Shown here in pieces: positions 1 to 17,060 of a DNA stretch of 64,000 bases. The stretch comes from Octopus vulgaris. Taxonomy: Eukaryota. The stretch lies in NCBI GenBank assembly GCA_951406725.2, contig OX597828.1:31930001-31994000 (forward strand). Direction: 5' to 3'. The position numbers and the translations under genes were made by a program. A model generated the notes under the pieces. It was given only the letters and a program-made list of their open reading frames with translations, had not been told where the DNA came from and ran no database searches. How positions within the stretch are numbered: position 1 is the stretch's first letter; the number at the start of each line of letters is the position of its first letter.

Positions 1-1764
1 ACAACTTATTTACTTCTATGCCATGTAACACCGTCACTTATGGAAACCACCAACTGACTAACATACTGTGACATATAAGGGAAATATTACTCCAGCCAAA
101 ATGTGATGATTTGTACCTAGTCGATAGTATCTATTAGAAATAACGGGAAATAATTTTTCACCGTATCTTACCGATTAAACATGAGTGAGGGGAAACATTA
201 TTATTTCGAACAATAAGGAAATGATTAAATAATGAAGGGGTTTCATCAAAGACTGAATGTTCATCTTGAAGAGCTTTGATTAGTCAGGGCTGACCTAGGG
301 ATAGACACCAAATAGAACAAGGCGACATTAGCAACAACAACAAAATCAACATTTATAACACGAACATTTACAACGTTTAATGTCAAAATGTCAGTTGTCA
401 CTTTGTAAAGACTGTTCAAATAGTTTTCTACAAAGAAGCACAAAGACAATATAATTATTTTTTGCTGATTGACCTTTGAATTTCTTTTATATTGTATCCA
501 AATTGTTATTTATTTCTCGTATGTTTTTTTTTTCTTTTACTGTAATTAAAAAATAGCAAAATGTTTATTCTGCGAAAAGAAAAAAAAAGAAAGCATTACC
601 AAAATAACAAATTGATTGATTTGATTCTAATTTATAACTTTTGTCATAGCTACAACCAAACCATAAAATAATTCGGTGTTAATTCTTGTGGGGAATATAA
701 TTAGTTTCCTCAATTAGATTCCTATTCTAATATACATTATTTTAATTATTACTTTTATGTCCATTAGTCGGTGGAAAATGTGATTCCATCGTATGTTCTT
801 TCACTAACTTTAAATTAATTAATTGAAAATATTACTAATCGCCAGAGTAGCAGCAACAAAACATTTCAGTAATTGTGTAGTCTACTACTACCGCTACTAC
901 TATTACTTTTACAACTACCAATACCATCACCTCTACTATTTGAAGTTATATAAGACCTACTAAAATTTCTTGCCACGTATATGGTAATTATTATTTACTT
1001 TCTTTCACTGAGACGAAGGTCAAAATAACAAAACAAGTAAAGACAAACACTAATAATAATGATAAGATTTCCATTAAAAATAATAATGATAATCGTAAGA
1101 AAACAGTATCCATTGTAGACTGTGAATTCATTATCCATATTTATACTTAATTCTTTACGAAACGCAGAAAACTATAGTCTTAAATATATTTTGTTATTAT
1201 GTCTGAATGATTTGTGACACTTTTCCATTATTTCTATTTCATAAATATTTCTCTCAGAAAAAAAGAAATATTCTAAAATCCCATACATTTCTTATTTCTC
1301 ATTCACTTATCTTATTAGTTAAAAATAAGTACATGTAACAGCCACATGTCAAAAGCAAGCGATTTTAGACCTGCTTATGTTAGAGCTATTCAGCTACCAA
1401 CTGAAGCATAATAGTAAAAGTGGTGGAAGGAAGTTAAGCGCTAGAGAGGAAATAGGTGAATGAGCACCAGAAATAAAAGAAATAATTTTCTTGATTTGAT
1501 CTAGATTTTATTTTATAATATTATCGAATTTTTCAAAGAGTTTATTTCTCGTTGCAACAGCTATGGCACCAACAAAATCAGCTGACGTGAAAAGTCATAG
1601 TGAAAGTAATAGCACAAAATACATAAAATATACAGAAAAAAATATGCCGACGATCTTGACGGTGGTTATTTGAACTTTAATATTCTTTCTTTCGGGAAAT
1701 TACAAATATATATATGCATATATATACATATACATATACATAAACATATGTATTTATAAATATG

Positions 1765-1990
<226 letters not shown>

Positions 1991-2685
1991 AAAAGGGTAA
2001 GTGGGGAGAGAGAAAGGTGGAATTAGTTATTGTGGAGAAGCTTTTCAAACTAGCAAATTGGAAAATTATGTGAACCTTTACGTCAAAAATGGGGCCTAAG
2101 ACCAGATGGTTATATTTTACAATGGTTTATATCGAAGGCGTGTAAACAACAGCGACATCTGCAAAAAAGTGCCATTTTCTCCTGACGTTACTAGAAGTAC
2201 TTCAATATATCTGCAATGCACTGAAAACCCTTTGAGAGTGTCGCATTCAGAAAGCAATTTTTTTTTTTTTTTAAATATGAAAAAACGAAAATGGATTTTC
2301 TCGTTGGAAATCTGTAAATAGCAGCAACAATGCTCAACAATTATAATATAAAATATATAAAATTTATTTCAACGGGAGCTTAACAACCTTAATATACCAG
2401 TTGGTATAGCATATACAGAAATAAAATTACTTTCAATTGTGAAATCCACTAAATTTTCAACATTGGCCAGATGTGTTCCCGTTTGAAATACAACCACAAA
2501 AACATCAGCTGTACTGAGGAGTCATTTTCATTCTACACCTAACCAAATTTATCATTACATGCAGAGCATGGATTCATCCTATAGTCATCAAATTGTGTAT
2601 TTTATTCCTCTTCACAAAATAGCAAGGAAGTTAGTGGGTCGGCGTGTATAACGGGTTACATTAATATTAGTATGATGTGGTTTAA

Positions 2686-2897
2686 TGCAGTGAGTAGAGA
2701 GAATCGTTCGTATGCTGGGCGAAATAATTCACGACATTTCGTCCGTCTTTACGTTCTGGGTTGAATTGCCACAATAGACGACATTTTCTATCATTTTGTT
2801 GCGGCTAGAAGAAATAGATAACAGCAATACACTGGGGTCGATGAAATTGACTTATTACTTCCTTACTCGCAATCACTGGCCGTGTGCCAAAATTTAA
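2686..2897 (+). mobile_element. tRNA-derived SINE, family A, degenerate
   Basis: Matches better copies at 29621 and 63834: 'gaatcgtt..tgctgggcgaaat..catttcgtccgtctttacgttctg', 'cactggggtcgatg', tail 'ggccgtgtgccaaaattt'. Confidence 0.8.
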
Positions 2898-2911
2898 TGA
2901 TGAAATGTAGA

Positions 2912-3108
2912 GAAGTCAGCTGGTCGAATAGTTAGCACACCGGACAAAAATGCGGAGTGTCGTCCGTCTTTATGTTCTGAGTTCAATTGCTGCCGAATCT
3001 CGATTTCACCTTTTATCCTTGATGAGTCGATAAAATGAGTACAGATTCAGCGCTGGAACTGATGGAACTGTCATAACCCTTCACCGACATAGTGCCAGAA
3101 ATAAAAGT
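2912..3108 (+). mobile_element. SINE family A, second copy directly in tandem
   Basis: 'agctggtcgaatagttagcacaccggac..gtccgtctttatgttctgagttcaa..ttttatcctt..gtcgataaaatgagtac'. Confidence 0.8.
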
Positions 3109-3702
3109 AGTTTAATATAATAATTATCGCATTTTCAAAAAACATATATATATATTACAAAACAGTGTTGTTTTACGTATCCCCCATAATCCATTCTGAG
3201 GTGCCGATGAATTTGTTTCGAAACATGAACACCGGTGAAGTATTTATACAATACCGCTGATTTTGTATTTTTGTCTAATGCTTACTTATGAAAAGAAAAT
3301 CGATTTACATCGTGAAATAGGGTGTAATACATACAAGAAAGTATTGTACATCACAATTGTTGTTATATAAAGTATCTAAACAAAAGTATCAGAATCATTC
3401 TTTCCACAAGCTCAGTTTTATATTCAGACACTGTTGAATAACAAAAGAAAACAAAACAAAATTTTAAAAACAGAAAACGGATTCTGACTGCTAGCAAATA
3501 ATTCACTTCTCTAAGTAATTCATATTTTTTTTTTTTTTTACACTGATTCTCCATTTTGAATTCAGTAAATAGGATACAAAGTAGGAGGTTTTGAAGGTAA
3601 AACTTAAACATAATTGCTTGATAGACAGAGTTTCTCTCCCGCGTTTCTCTTTCACTGTGAGTGATGGAATGATGCTTGTCTCCGGCGTTGTCATATATAT
3701 GT

Positions 3703-3767
<65 letters not shown>

Positions 3768-3907
3768 ATAATAAATATTAGGGAATAAATCCAAATTTAC
3801 AGGGAAAAATCAGATTTAGGATTGAATCCAATTATAGTAAAATATAATATAATATTAATTAGATAATTTTCTTTGTTTGATTTGCATAATAGTGGTTTTG
3901 TCTCTAA

Positions 3908-4630
<723 letters not shown>

Positions 4631-4994
4631 GACTAGCCTCCTAAAGTGTAGACACGAATCTGTAGGTACGAGTACGTATGTGTATATACGTGAACGTATG
4701 TAGATGTTTGTATGTATGAATATAACGCGTGCGTACGTGTATGTGTATGAGTGTACGAATGGGTGAATGTACGTGCTAATGAGTGTGCGTGCGGGAATGA
4801 GTACTTGCCTTCTAGTAGACAGACAAATGGACAAGCAGCTATTGCCAGGATTCTTAGCCTTAGCGATCAAAGATAACAAAAGTAATAAATGAAGATAATA
4901 AAATTAAAATTAGGGAATGGGCCTGTATTGGATTGTATATATATATATGTATATTTTGTATGTATGTATGTGTGTATGTGTAGGTATGTATATG

Positions 4995-5047
<53 letters not shown>

Positions 5048-5107
5048 AGATATATGTGTATGTGCGTATGTGTGTGTAGATACGTATACATGTGTGTATA
5101 GGTATAA

Positions 5108-5750
<643 letters not shown>

Positions 5751-6517
5751 CCTTACGTCGTTTTAAGCACCGATCTAAATTACTTTAGAAGGTCTTATTG
5801 CAATAACGAAATGCGAATTACTAATGCTTGCACCGATTTGTACAGTTGTTGATTTCATATAAATTCTGAATGTAAGTATAATTTGGAGGAACCGTTTCAA
5901 GAAATAAAATAGAACTTACTCAGGCAACAGCTTTCAAAAGTTTTCAATCCAAAATTTCAGTTTATTATCATGACCACCGACAGTTCAAAAAAGATTTATG
6001 TCTAATATTTCTTTCCCTTAGTGTAGAAATAATAATGGTTTTCGTTGCAAAGCAAAATATGCAATAAGGATATGATATGTGTATACAAAAATTGTAATAA
6101 TACACAAATACTTGTGAGCTAAGAGATACAAAACACAAAGTAATATACGTTCATACGACACACATACACACATCATCACACACGCAAACAAACACACACA
6201 CATGCTCTACATGAGAGCTTGTTCATACATATCTAACCGGCATCATAGTCTTGTACATATAATCTCCTGAGTTAGATATTCATACATTCACTTATTCAAT
6301 ACCGAGAAAGACAACATTAAAAAAACAGCAGATTTACACAAAAATATACCGGCGCCCACAGAGATGCGTACAAATATGTTTACATTTTATTCCAGGAGAC
6401 AATATTACAATACGATAAATGTTATATTATTTCATGTCTGTACATACTCGCTTCTAATACACACGCTACCTGTGCGTTTATACATGATTTGAGAAATGTA
6501 AATAAGCATTCAAATCT

Positions 6518-6583
<66 letters not shown>

Positions 6584-6767
6584 GCGTGTTTGTATTTGTA
6601 TGGTTGTGTGTAAGACATGCATTCATACACATACACATAAATATATATACAGTAGTAAAGGTATATATGTGTGTATACGTATATGTAAGCAAATGTTTAA
6701 CGTGCATATATCTATGTATTTATATAAATAAATCCATACATACACACACACACGCACACGCATACAT

Positions 6768-6826
<59 letters not shown>

Positions 6827-7002
6827 TTTATATATGTACGTATGCATGTATGATAACTGTGTATTTGTGGGGCCTGATTCAGCGAATATAATCTAAGGAA
6901 TGAGCACTACCTTGAATCGAGTAATGAGTTTGATGCCATCATCATAATGTTTTACACCGGTGCCACAGTAATGCCGACATTATACGAGTAGAAACTTTAA
7001 GG

Positions 7003-7279
<277 letters not shown>

Positions 7280-7281
7280 AA

Positions 7282-7320
<39 letters not shown>

Positions 7321-9330
7321 GTCGCGCAGACACACCCATGCACATACACACGTACACGAACTCTCTCACTGTACATTGGCAAATATATACATGTGTGTGT
7401 TGATGGGTGGGTGGCTGGTTGTATGTTTACATTTGTATACAGATAGAGGCTCAGACACGATCAATTATGTACATACGTGTAATACATACATACATATATA
7501 TATATATATATGTGTGTGTGTATATATATTTACATGTGTGCTTGTGTGTGTGTGCATGTGTGAATGTGTGTACAGAGAAATATTAATAAGTATGTGTGAA
7601 TTTGAGATTGGGTACTTGTCTTTATACACAGACAGAGCCACAGAGTTAGAGAGGCAGACAGATTAAATAGACATTTTTATTTGCATTTCGGTATGTACAA
7701 AATAAATACAGATCTTTCCTGTCTTTCCTTATTGAAAGTTTCTCCGTAGACATTTTCATAAAACACACTTCATTTAAAGTGATTGATTTTCCAACGCAAT
7801 ATATTCAGCTACACATACACCTCTGTATCCGAATATGCGATCTTGTTATTTACTTATTAATTCTAGTCTGAATTGTAGATGCAAAATACATATTTATAGA
7901 GTATTTATCGAACATGGCAATATCTAAGTACGCTGTTTCTTTTTTTTCACACACACATACATACACACGCACGCATATATATATATATAAATATAAATAT
8001 GTATATATATAAATATATATATGTATATGTATGTGTGTATGTGTGTGTGTGTGTGTGTGATTCTTACCAACAAGGTTTTATTTCGTTGACTTAAAACACT
8101 TTGCCGCAGGAAGGCGATATAATGATAATTTCGTTTTATAGAATAACACATTTTATGATGTTATGTTATGAAACAGATATGAATATGTAATAAATAATTC
8201 ATAGTTCAAGTATGGAGTTTGCAGAGTTTCCGTATAAAAATATATATTTAACAACGAAAGTTCTTTTTCGTTTCCATATTTCCCAAATTCTATTTATTAT
8301 ATTTTTAGTGACTTGAGAACACAGAACATTAGTTTAGAATTGACACAATCATTGCTGTGCTCGTAATTTTGAATTTTATACACACACAACTAGATTGCAT
8401 CGGGTCTGAAACTCAAACGAGATATTTAATATGAAGATGTACAGCAGATGTTTCCAAGATAAATTTTCAACTACATAACCATGCATGAGCGTATACACGT
8501 ACACACGTGTGCATATGAAAATGAATATATATTTATATATATATGTGTGTGTGTGTGTATATAGATACATATAAATATACATATAATACATATATATATA
8601 TATATATATGTCTCTCTCTCTATATATGTAATAAGTTAAAGATATCTCAAATTTAATTTATACATTAATATATGTATTTTGTAAGATTATTCGCATGCAT
8701 TGTGACTTCCGTAATTTTGCGGCTATATTCATTTTCACGCCTATACATGTCTATATTTGAGAGATAAATTTAATCCGTAGTAGCATATTTATGGTGGTAT
8801 GTTTGCACTTTCGATGATCTGTTTTCTGAGGATTATATTTTCATCGATGGTTTCTCTACATGTACTATGATGCACCGCCGTTTTGTATTTCTATTGAGAA
8901 TATTATCTGAAGTAACCATAGAGTCACACTTAACATGTCCATAATATGTCGTATAAAATTTTTGGATGGGTGAATGCGATGGAGACATTCGTTGAGCTAC
9001 TAATAAAATATAATTAATTAAATGAAAGTTTCTGTAACTATCGTTATTCAATTACCTATATTTTTTTTGTTTTTAATATATCAACAACATGCTACATTAA
9101 CTCAAAATAAATAATATATATATACAGGGAAACATACGGGAAAACATTATGGAGGATCAGTAGTAAAACCTATAAAAGGCATTAACATTTTAGAATATGT
9201 GAATATTATATTTAACACACACACACTGTAAAAATATCCACTGAATTTCAATTAAATATATAGTAGAAAGAATGAAATTCCGACATATTTCACATTACCC
9301 TGATAAGTTAGGTGGTGATGTAATAATAAC

Positions 9331-9537
9331 CATTTCTACTAAAGACATAAGGCCTGAAATTTTATGGGTGGCGAGTAATCGATTTCATTGAGCACAGTGT
9401 TTAAGTAACACTTAATTTATCGACCCCCGAAAGGACGAAAAGCAAATCCGACTTCGGGAGAGTTTGAAACTCGGAGAGTGAAGAGGGACGAAATGCAGCT
9501 GAGCCTTTTGTCCGGCGCAGAAGCGATTCGGCGAGCT
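9331..9537 (-). mobile_element. SINE family A
   Basis: Reverse complement of the core, 'ttaatttatcgacccccgaaaggacgaaaagcaaa..gacttcgg', plus the head. Confidence 0.8.
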
Positions 9538-9776
9538 AGAAGCCCCAGTGATGATGTACTAGTAAGAATACGTTTCATTAACAACAGCGTACAGATCCAA
9601 AACACCAAAATTCCAATAATGATGATGTAAACATTGGAGCGATGGAATCGGTTGGATTTCATCGTTCAACATTTATAATTAAATGTTGAACGCATTTCTT
9701 ACGTCGACTGACATACTCACATACACATGATGTGTATATATACATATATGTATGTGTGTGTGCGTGTGTGTGTAAG

Positions 9777-9807
<31 letters not shown>

Positions 9808-9815
9808 ATATATAT

Positions 9816-9851
<36 letters not shown>

Positions 9852-9879
9852 GAAAGGGAAACAGAGCGATAGGTTAGGC

Positions 9880-11160
9880 TAGCAGGGAAAACTGGTCCTA
9901 GACAACCATAAGAATCCTGCTTCTTATGAAGCCGGAAAATATTGAAAAGTTTTCCGGCCTTATACAGCTGCCCAATGGGCTCCACTTGCATGTTATAGTA
10001 GAATGCTGAAAGTCTAAGTGCAACATCTGCGGGGTTACAAGTCACCTTAGCTACTTCCTAAAAAAGACAGGAGCCACGAGGTCGTTCCCGCCACTCGAAC
10101 AAAACCCGCAACAACTGAAACAATATGCAACACATTCAGCCTCATCTTCAGTTGAAACACAAAGACAATGGAGAGACCAACTAGGGAGTTTCCCAAACCA
10201 GCGCACTGTCTCCCCTCTCTCAAGGACATACTCACACAGCGCCGCTCACTCAATTACAAACACACTCACACGACAAATATCACAGACACTGATTCCTCCA
10301 CATCCCGTAGTGAAGATGAGGAGGAACATCAAAAACATAACACAAGCATAAAGAAAAATATCTAGACCTACACAACCACTAGAAATATACTTGTCTAAGA
10401 CAACACCATCCCCATCAGCCACACCAACATTATCATAATACGACCTCGACCAACAAACAAAGCACATACACACACACACACAGAAGAGTCAAACACAGAA
10501 ACTTCTAATTGATGGCCGTCACAGCTGCAGAAAAGGATACTGAGAGGCAGGTGCAATATACGAAACCAGCACACTTAACGTTCTTGAATGTTTGATGCTG
10601 GTACGGATTCCATTGTAAACGTACAGAGACATGAAGGAGGCTATCGCCAACGACGTGGGAAACACTAATGACATGGTCACTAAGAGAATTTTGCAGGGTT
10701 TCCCAGAGAAACCAACACCAGATCCGGAGCCCAAGTCACTGGGCCGCCAACAGTATCGAGGTGGGGGGGTCAATTAACCCTGTTGTTTTTCTTTCTCTCA
10801 ACATGGCAGTTATGAGAGTGAGTTGTATAAATATTTTCGCCTGAGATAACCCTGGAAGCAAGGCCACATACTCGGTGACCTCAAGTCGTTGGGGCTGTAT
10901 GCAAGAGCAGCCAGTGAGAAAACAACTTCCGACACTAGCGAGCTATCCCCCATTTTCGACAATTTTTTTATCCACGCTTTTTGTACTCGGCCTCAAATGG
11001 GAGGACAGGGTGGCAGGGTGTATATGAATGGCCTAGATTCCTATGTTCGGACGGTCTTTCTGGAATCGGAGGTGAACCTAGTCGTCCTGGAAATAAGCAA
11101 CGGCAAGGGTGGTGCCTTCAGAGTAGTCGCTGTATACGCTCTGATGGGGGCCGGGTAGCA
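9880..11160 (+). mobile_element. Decayed L1/Tx1-like LINE fragment: end of ORF1 with zinc knuckle plus start of ORF2 APE endonuclease
   Basis: CNICGVTSHLSYF (broken CCHC) at 10019. From ATG 10803, MAVMRVSCIN, then across a frameshift KQGHILGDLKSLGL..SE and FRVVAVYA, resembling an APE N-terminus. Contains stops and frameshifts. Confidence 0.7.
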
Positions 11161-11231
11161 CTGAGGATGCGATATTTCCAGTGATTTCTTAACGGTGGCC
11201 AGGTATGGTCGCACTTTGTAAGACAGGAATT

Positions 11232-11235
11232 GCTG

Positions 11236-11321
<86 letters not shown>

Positions 11322-11382
11322 ACTACTACTACTACTACTACTATTATTATCATTATTATTATTATTATCATTATTATTATTA
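11232..11382. repeat. Compound (TAC)n(TGC)n(TAT)n microsatellite
   Basis: Direct inspection. Confidence 0.97.
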
Positions 11383-13875
11383 TAGTCAGTGTTAAATACA
11401 TGGAACGAAAACTAACCCTGTCACGCTGTTTTATGACCTCATCAAGGTGTATGCTGTAACATAATTGTAGCAACATCTTGAATCCGACAAAAGCCATTCA
11501 GCAAGAATTCATGATGCCTCTATTTCCCAGTGGGAAACCATTGCCTAGCAGGTTTTGTTCTCTTCTTAGAATATGATTGAAAGAACAATGTGAACAGCGT
11601 GGGCTGAAGGCATTTAAAAATCAAGTAACGTTAGAACAATCACGAATTGAATTAAAAGTTTAAGCATTATTCAGGGTAAAAAAAAACTGTATTGATTACA
11701 GATTAATTAACCTACTGACACTTTACGAATGAATAAGAAAAATGAAAATGACTGAAATATAATTTTGCCCTCAAGGGATAATTACTTGTACCTTTTGTAA
11801 AAAAAAAAATAATCTTTGCAATAAATATGTTCACTCATAACCAGAGTTTCTATTTATGTCCATGTTGTTTCTGAGTCAAACTAAATAAACAGTTTACAAC
11901 GGAAACACACTTCTTTTGAAAAAGCAACTTTATTCTTGTTAGAAAAAACATGTTCTAATATGCACGCTGCATATTTCGTCTATAGAAACATCTGATTTGA
12001 ATTCTGCTTTGTATATGTCAGTTTTAACGTAAGTTTGCTTTTAAGCCTACACCGTGGCCAGTAATATCTGAAAATGCATTAAAGTTTGAAGTCATTCTGT
12101 TGTCCGATTCTCTGAGTGAATTTTCTTCAAGCTTCAGCTTTGCAAAGAAACAATACCTAGAGTAAATCTCTCTAGTTTGTCACATTGATATCTACTCTCT
12201 AATTTTTTTAACTACTTAGCAATAAACAGGGAACATTTACGTTTGTGTCCCAGGTGCTGGTGAAGCTGCTAAATAACGATATGGCAATATGAAATATGAA
12301 TGCCACCATTTGTTATTTTTATTTCGGCGTTTATGACGAGGTGTACGATAATAAATCAATCTCTGTGCTCGTCAATTCTGATCAGGTTAACCAAAGAACA
12401 GGACAGGGGCGTTGAATGTTACCTGCAGGCTATCCTCGGAGTAATCCCATTTCAGTCACGTTTTCATAGCTTGGGTCATTTTAAATTAGAGCATCATTAG
12501 TGACATTAAAATGCTTGTTAAAGAAGCATTTCATAATCTGTACATGGGCTGCAAATAACAAAATAACATCATTTCATGTTTTCACACAGTTGTCATATGT
12601 GGAGGTTGATGAAGTCGGAAGGATTGTCATTACGTTCAATCTCATCTTTATACGATGCATTACATTGTCGGGAGGAAGAGTTCTATCTTGACTAATACTC
12701 TAGGAAATATGGATCAGATATATCAATGTTTACGAAAAGATCAGAACTTATTACCACTAAGCTCACCTTCATTTTTTTTGTACCTTCTTCCTTTTCCTTT
12801 TCTTTGTCTTCTCAGTATTTTCCAAATGAAGAGAGTAGGGAGTAAACTGGGTCGGGGCAAGTATGCTTTTCGATCATGAACATAACGGTATATCTCGATA
12901 GATTTTCTCCGAGATTACAATTGATATCTAAGCACATCAATTGATATTTTAAACGTATCTACTGCTTTATTCTTTTAGCTATTTTGCCTTCTCCTTATTA
13001 ACATAAAAAACAAATTACATTGTTTTCATAAATTCATGCCCAATGGGGACTTTTAGCCAATTTTAGAAATAACTCTATTATTTTATTTATGAATGATAAC
13101 ATATTCATATTATTATTATTTTATTATTTCTATTATTTCATTCTTATTAATATTTTGACTTTAATTATTACTTTGGTGATGGCTGCATATGCTATTGATA
13201 ATTAATTAACGATGATCGCATTCCTTACCATGAAATTAAAGAAATATTCTTATAATTATGAGTGTAATAACGTTTAATTAATTATATTATTACCATTAGC
13301 ATGAATTAAAGTATTATCGTTCAAGTGTCACTTATGTGTTGTAAAATTAGTGTGATTTTGCGGAAATGTCTCCTGATAGTTTGTACTTACAGCTTCAATT
13401 TTTGAGAATAACATCAGTTTCATTAGTAATGTATAATGGAAACCAGATGTAATAGATCGCGTAAACTGATTGCAGTATACGGTCAATGACTGCTTCTCAA
13501 GTAATTGCGTCTCTTACATACAAACAAATATATGATTTCAAATTATCTCATAAATATAAAATACAGAGAAACTAGCGCCGATTCAATCAATCTCTTCCCT
13601 ATAAAAGCACACTGATTCTGTCATTCCAGAACAATGAAATCCAAACTTAACATCCGTTAAATTTGAAGTCAAAAATTAAAGAGATATTATTAAATGGCCT
13701 ATGTATTTTTGCTGAGTATTACTGCGTGAACTTCTTTGAACGTCCTCATGAATATTATTACTATTGAACAAATAGAATCCAATGCGTTCTGTCACACGAA
13801 GGCACACACTTTCGATTGAAAATAATACACACACACATGCATATAAATGTTGTTTGAGTATGTATTATGTATATA

Positions 13876-13959
<84 letters not shown>

Positions 13960-14849
13960 TATGGAGTCTGTGCATGTGTTTATGTTGTAAAGTGCAGATA
14001 AGGTTAAAATCATTGCAGTACTCCACACCTCAAGTTGTATCTGTGTGAACTCTAATATTCATTCGTTTTTTATCTATAGAGTGAGATGAAATGGTATTGT
14101 TCATGAGGTACCTAGGGGACTCAAAATACATAACGAGTATGAAATGCTCTTGCTGTGAAATGCATCGAATCAAGCATTCATTAAAAGACTGAGGAATTGA
14201 CGACTTCTATATAAAACATTGAGGAATTGAAGACGTTCGCATTATTCAACAATTATGTACAAAAGTAAATGCAACGACCCAACCGGGCGATGAACATGGG
14301 TTTTATCGCGATCGGATAGAAACTGAAACACTGGAATTGCGAACATGAAGATATTTTCTTTGATTTGAGATTCATCAATCCACGTATTAACTTATAATTT
14401 ATATATTTGATGATGTGCTGGCAAAGTCTCCAACATGTGATCCTTGTTTCTTATAGTTTGACGAAACCGCGAAGCAAAATGGTATGTTGTGACAGTTTCA
14501 CCTCTACCGATCTATTGATTGACTGCCTGTCAAATTCTAATCACACAATATACACTTAAAGAAACTGTCTCGTGCGACATTATAACTGAATTAACAATAA
14601 CATTTGGATATTTGATATTACCAAATCTCGCCAATAGGAATACAACATATATCATCTACAAGATATATCTTTCCGAAATGGACATTATTAGCGATATATG
14701 TTCGCTTTAGCTATAACATAATTTGTATAACATTAATTATTTCTTTCTAATTGGATACCGCCATAATTCTCCGAACGCGACCGATTATACAATCATTCGT
14801 GGCGAGGCGTAATTACTAGCAACATTAGCCAGTACATTATGATGTTGCT

Positions 14850-15006
<157 letters not shown>

Positions 15007-16290
15007 AAAAAATTACATCAAAATTTAAGATGGACTACTTGTGTAGACTCAGACTGATCCTTCAGTCGAAATTAAACGGATGGAATAAGATCGAAGCTAT
15101 CAACACCAGGGCGGTTTCACTCCTTAGATATGGAGTAGGAGTAATCGCATGGACAGTATACGGAATAAACAGCTTAGACAGAAAGACAAGGAAGTTGCTA
15201 ACTAGATATGGGTCACTCCACCCAAAAAGTGACACAAACAGGCTGCATGTACCATGGAAAAGAAGGGGAAGAGGACTTATTGGATGTGAACACAGCATTA
15301 GAACAGAAGAAATCAACATAGCATGGTATGTAAAAAAAAATGCCACAGAACCGCTATTATTAGAACTAGGAAGGTCAGATTCGTGTTGAATGAAAGCTTG
15401 TAAAGTTAAAGCATTATACAAGAAATTGAGAACGAATGAAACTGAAAATAGGTAAGACAAGAATGCATGGTAAATTTCATAGGGATATTGAAGATAAAAG
15501 TGATTTTAAAACCGGAAACGGAGGCTCTAATCTGTGCTGCTTAAGAGCCAACACTAAGAACAAACTACATAAAATACAGAACAGACAACTCATCAAAAGG
15601 GGATAAGGGTAGAATCTGCGGACAAAACGGTGAAATTGTATGACATATTACCAGGCAAAGTACGCCATTAGCCCAGAAGGAATATAAGAGACGCTACGAC
15701 ACTATAGTCTGACTTGTCCATTGGACACTTTGCAACAACTATGGACTTGGCAGAGCAAAAACTTGGTACGACCACAAACATGAAGGCATCGTCGAAAAAA
15801 GAAATGCAAAGATTCTATTGGGATTTTAGAATTCAGTGCGACCATGAGATCGAGAATAGGAAGCCAGGCATAGTCTTAATTGAGAAAGAAAGCTAACTAT
15901 GATGGATCATAAATATAGCAAGATATGCGATAGGGAAGAAAAAAAAGTGGAGAGATATGACAGGTTAGCTTGGGAAGTTATGCAGTTGTGGTCGATGAAA
16001 AACTTAGCAGTAGTACCAATAATTGTCGGAGTTCTGGAAACAGTAAGCAAAATCTCGAGAAGTACGTGGAAAAATATGGGCTGCAATAAGGGTGCAGCAC
16101 TTGCAGAAAACAGCACTGCTTGGAACCGCTCGAACACTCCGGAAGGTGCCCGAAACCTATGAGTTGTTACCTATGTTCTAGACTTACAAAGAATTAATCC
16201 TGTTGTCAATGTTTCCGACTATAACTCTTTCAGGCTCCAGCATCGCTGCAGTTACATGACTGAACAAAGTAGATGAATAATATAATAAAG
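15007..16290 (+). mobile_element. 5'-truncated R4/Dong-type RLE non-LTR retrotransposon, pseudogenised
   Basis: SKLNGWNKIEAINTRAVSLLRYG..LDRKTRKLL..LHPKSD..RL..GRGLI (post-RT region); RICGQNGE (CCHC remnant); WDFRIQCDHEIENRKP.IVLIEK; EEKKVERYDRLA; VVPIIVG (PD-D/ExK endonuclease). Confidence 0.88.
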
Positions 16291-16384
16291 ACTATGTTTC
16301 ACACATATTCTTAAACTTCAAAAATAGAAAAAAGAAAGAAAAAAGTAATTCCATCGTTCTCACTAAACAAAGCCTAATTTTAAA

Positions 16385-16690
16385 GTTGAGGCACCTTGAG
16401 CAAATATTTTCTGCTATTGCCTCGGATACACCAGAGCCTTGTGAGTGTAATTTGTAAATGGGAACTGAATGAAGCCGGTCGTGTGTGTGAATGTGTATCG
16501 TTTTATCTGTGGTTGTCCCTCTACAATCGCACATGATGCTAGTGTGTTTATGTACCCGTGACTTAGTGGTTCGTTAAAAACCAATAGCAGGATAAGTACT
16601 AAGCTTAGAAAGAATAAGTTCTGGTGTCGATTACTTCAACTAAAACCCTGTAATCGTCAAATGACTGGAACAAGTAAAAGAATCAAAGAA
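16385..16690 (+). mobile_element. SINE family B, 5'-truncated and degenerate
   Basis: Similar to the reverse complement of 43465-43886: 'caccttgagcaa..tctgctat..gccttgtgagtg', 'gacttagtggttcg', 'aaatgactggaacaagtaaaag'. Confidence 0.75.
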
Positions 16691-16789
16691 TATGACACAC
16701 ACGTTCTGAATAACACACGTCATAAGTTTGTCAATTATAAAGAACAGACATATGCAGTTGCCACAATCGGTGGTGCACACATCCTATCG

Positions 16790-17060
16790 CACAGCATTTA
16801 GGGTTTCCTACAACTCTTCTTTTGAGACCATTCATAACTGGCCAACATTTTCCTTTCTAGGAGAGCCATATGCACATGACCCTCAGCAATTCTCTGTACA
16901 ATATCTGGTAAATGAGCCCTCTCAATTTGACGTACCCCTTCTGCTAATTTATATTTAACTCTTCTTGACGAATAACGACATTTTGATTTTACATGCCAAG
17001 CTAACAATTGATTTCATTGTAATTTGATTGGTGCTGGATTTCTTACCTCTTCATATCCAA
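16790..17060 (-). mobile_element. Possible RTE-like LINE 3' remnant
   Basis: Weak resemblance to the RTE C-terminus (LAWH....RYS, EGHV, basic ..RKP). Confidence 0.25.

Noticed and set aside
12230-12600. Enhancer-like stretch with TTTATGAC and ATAAATCAA (Hox/Pbx-type) sites
   Set aside because: Such short AT-rich motifs are expected by chance; unsupported without conservation data.
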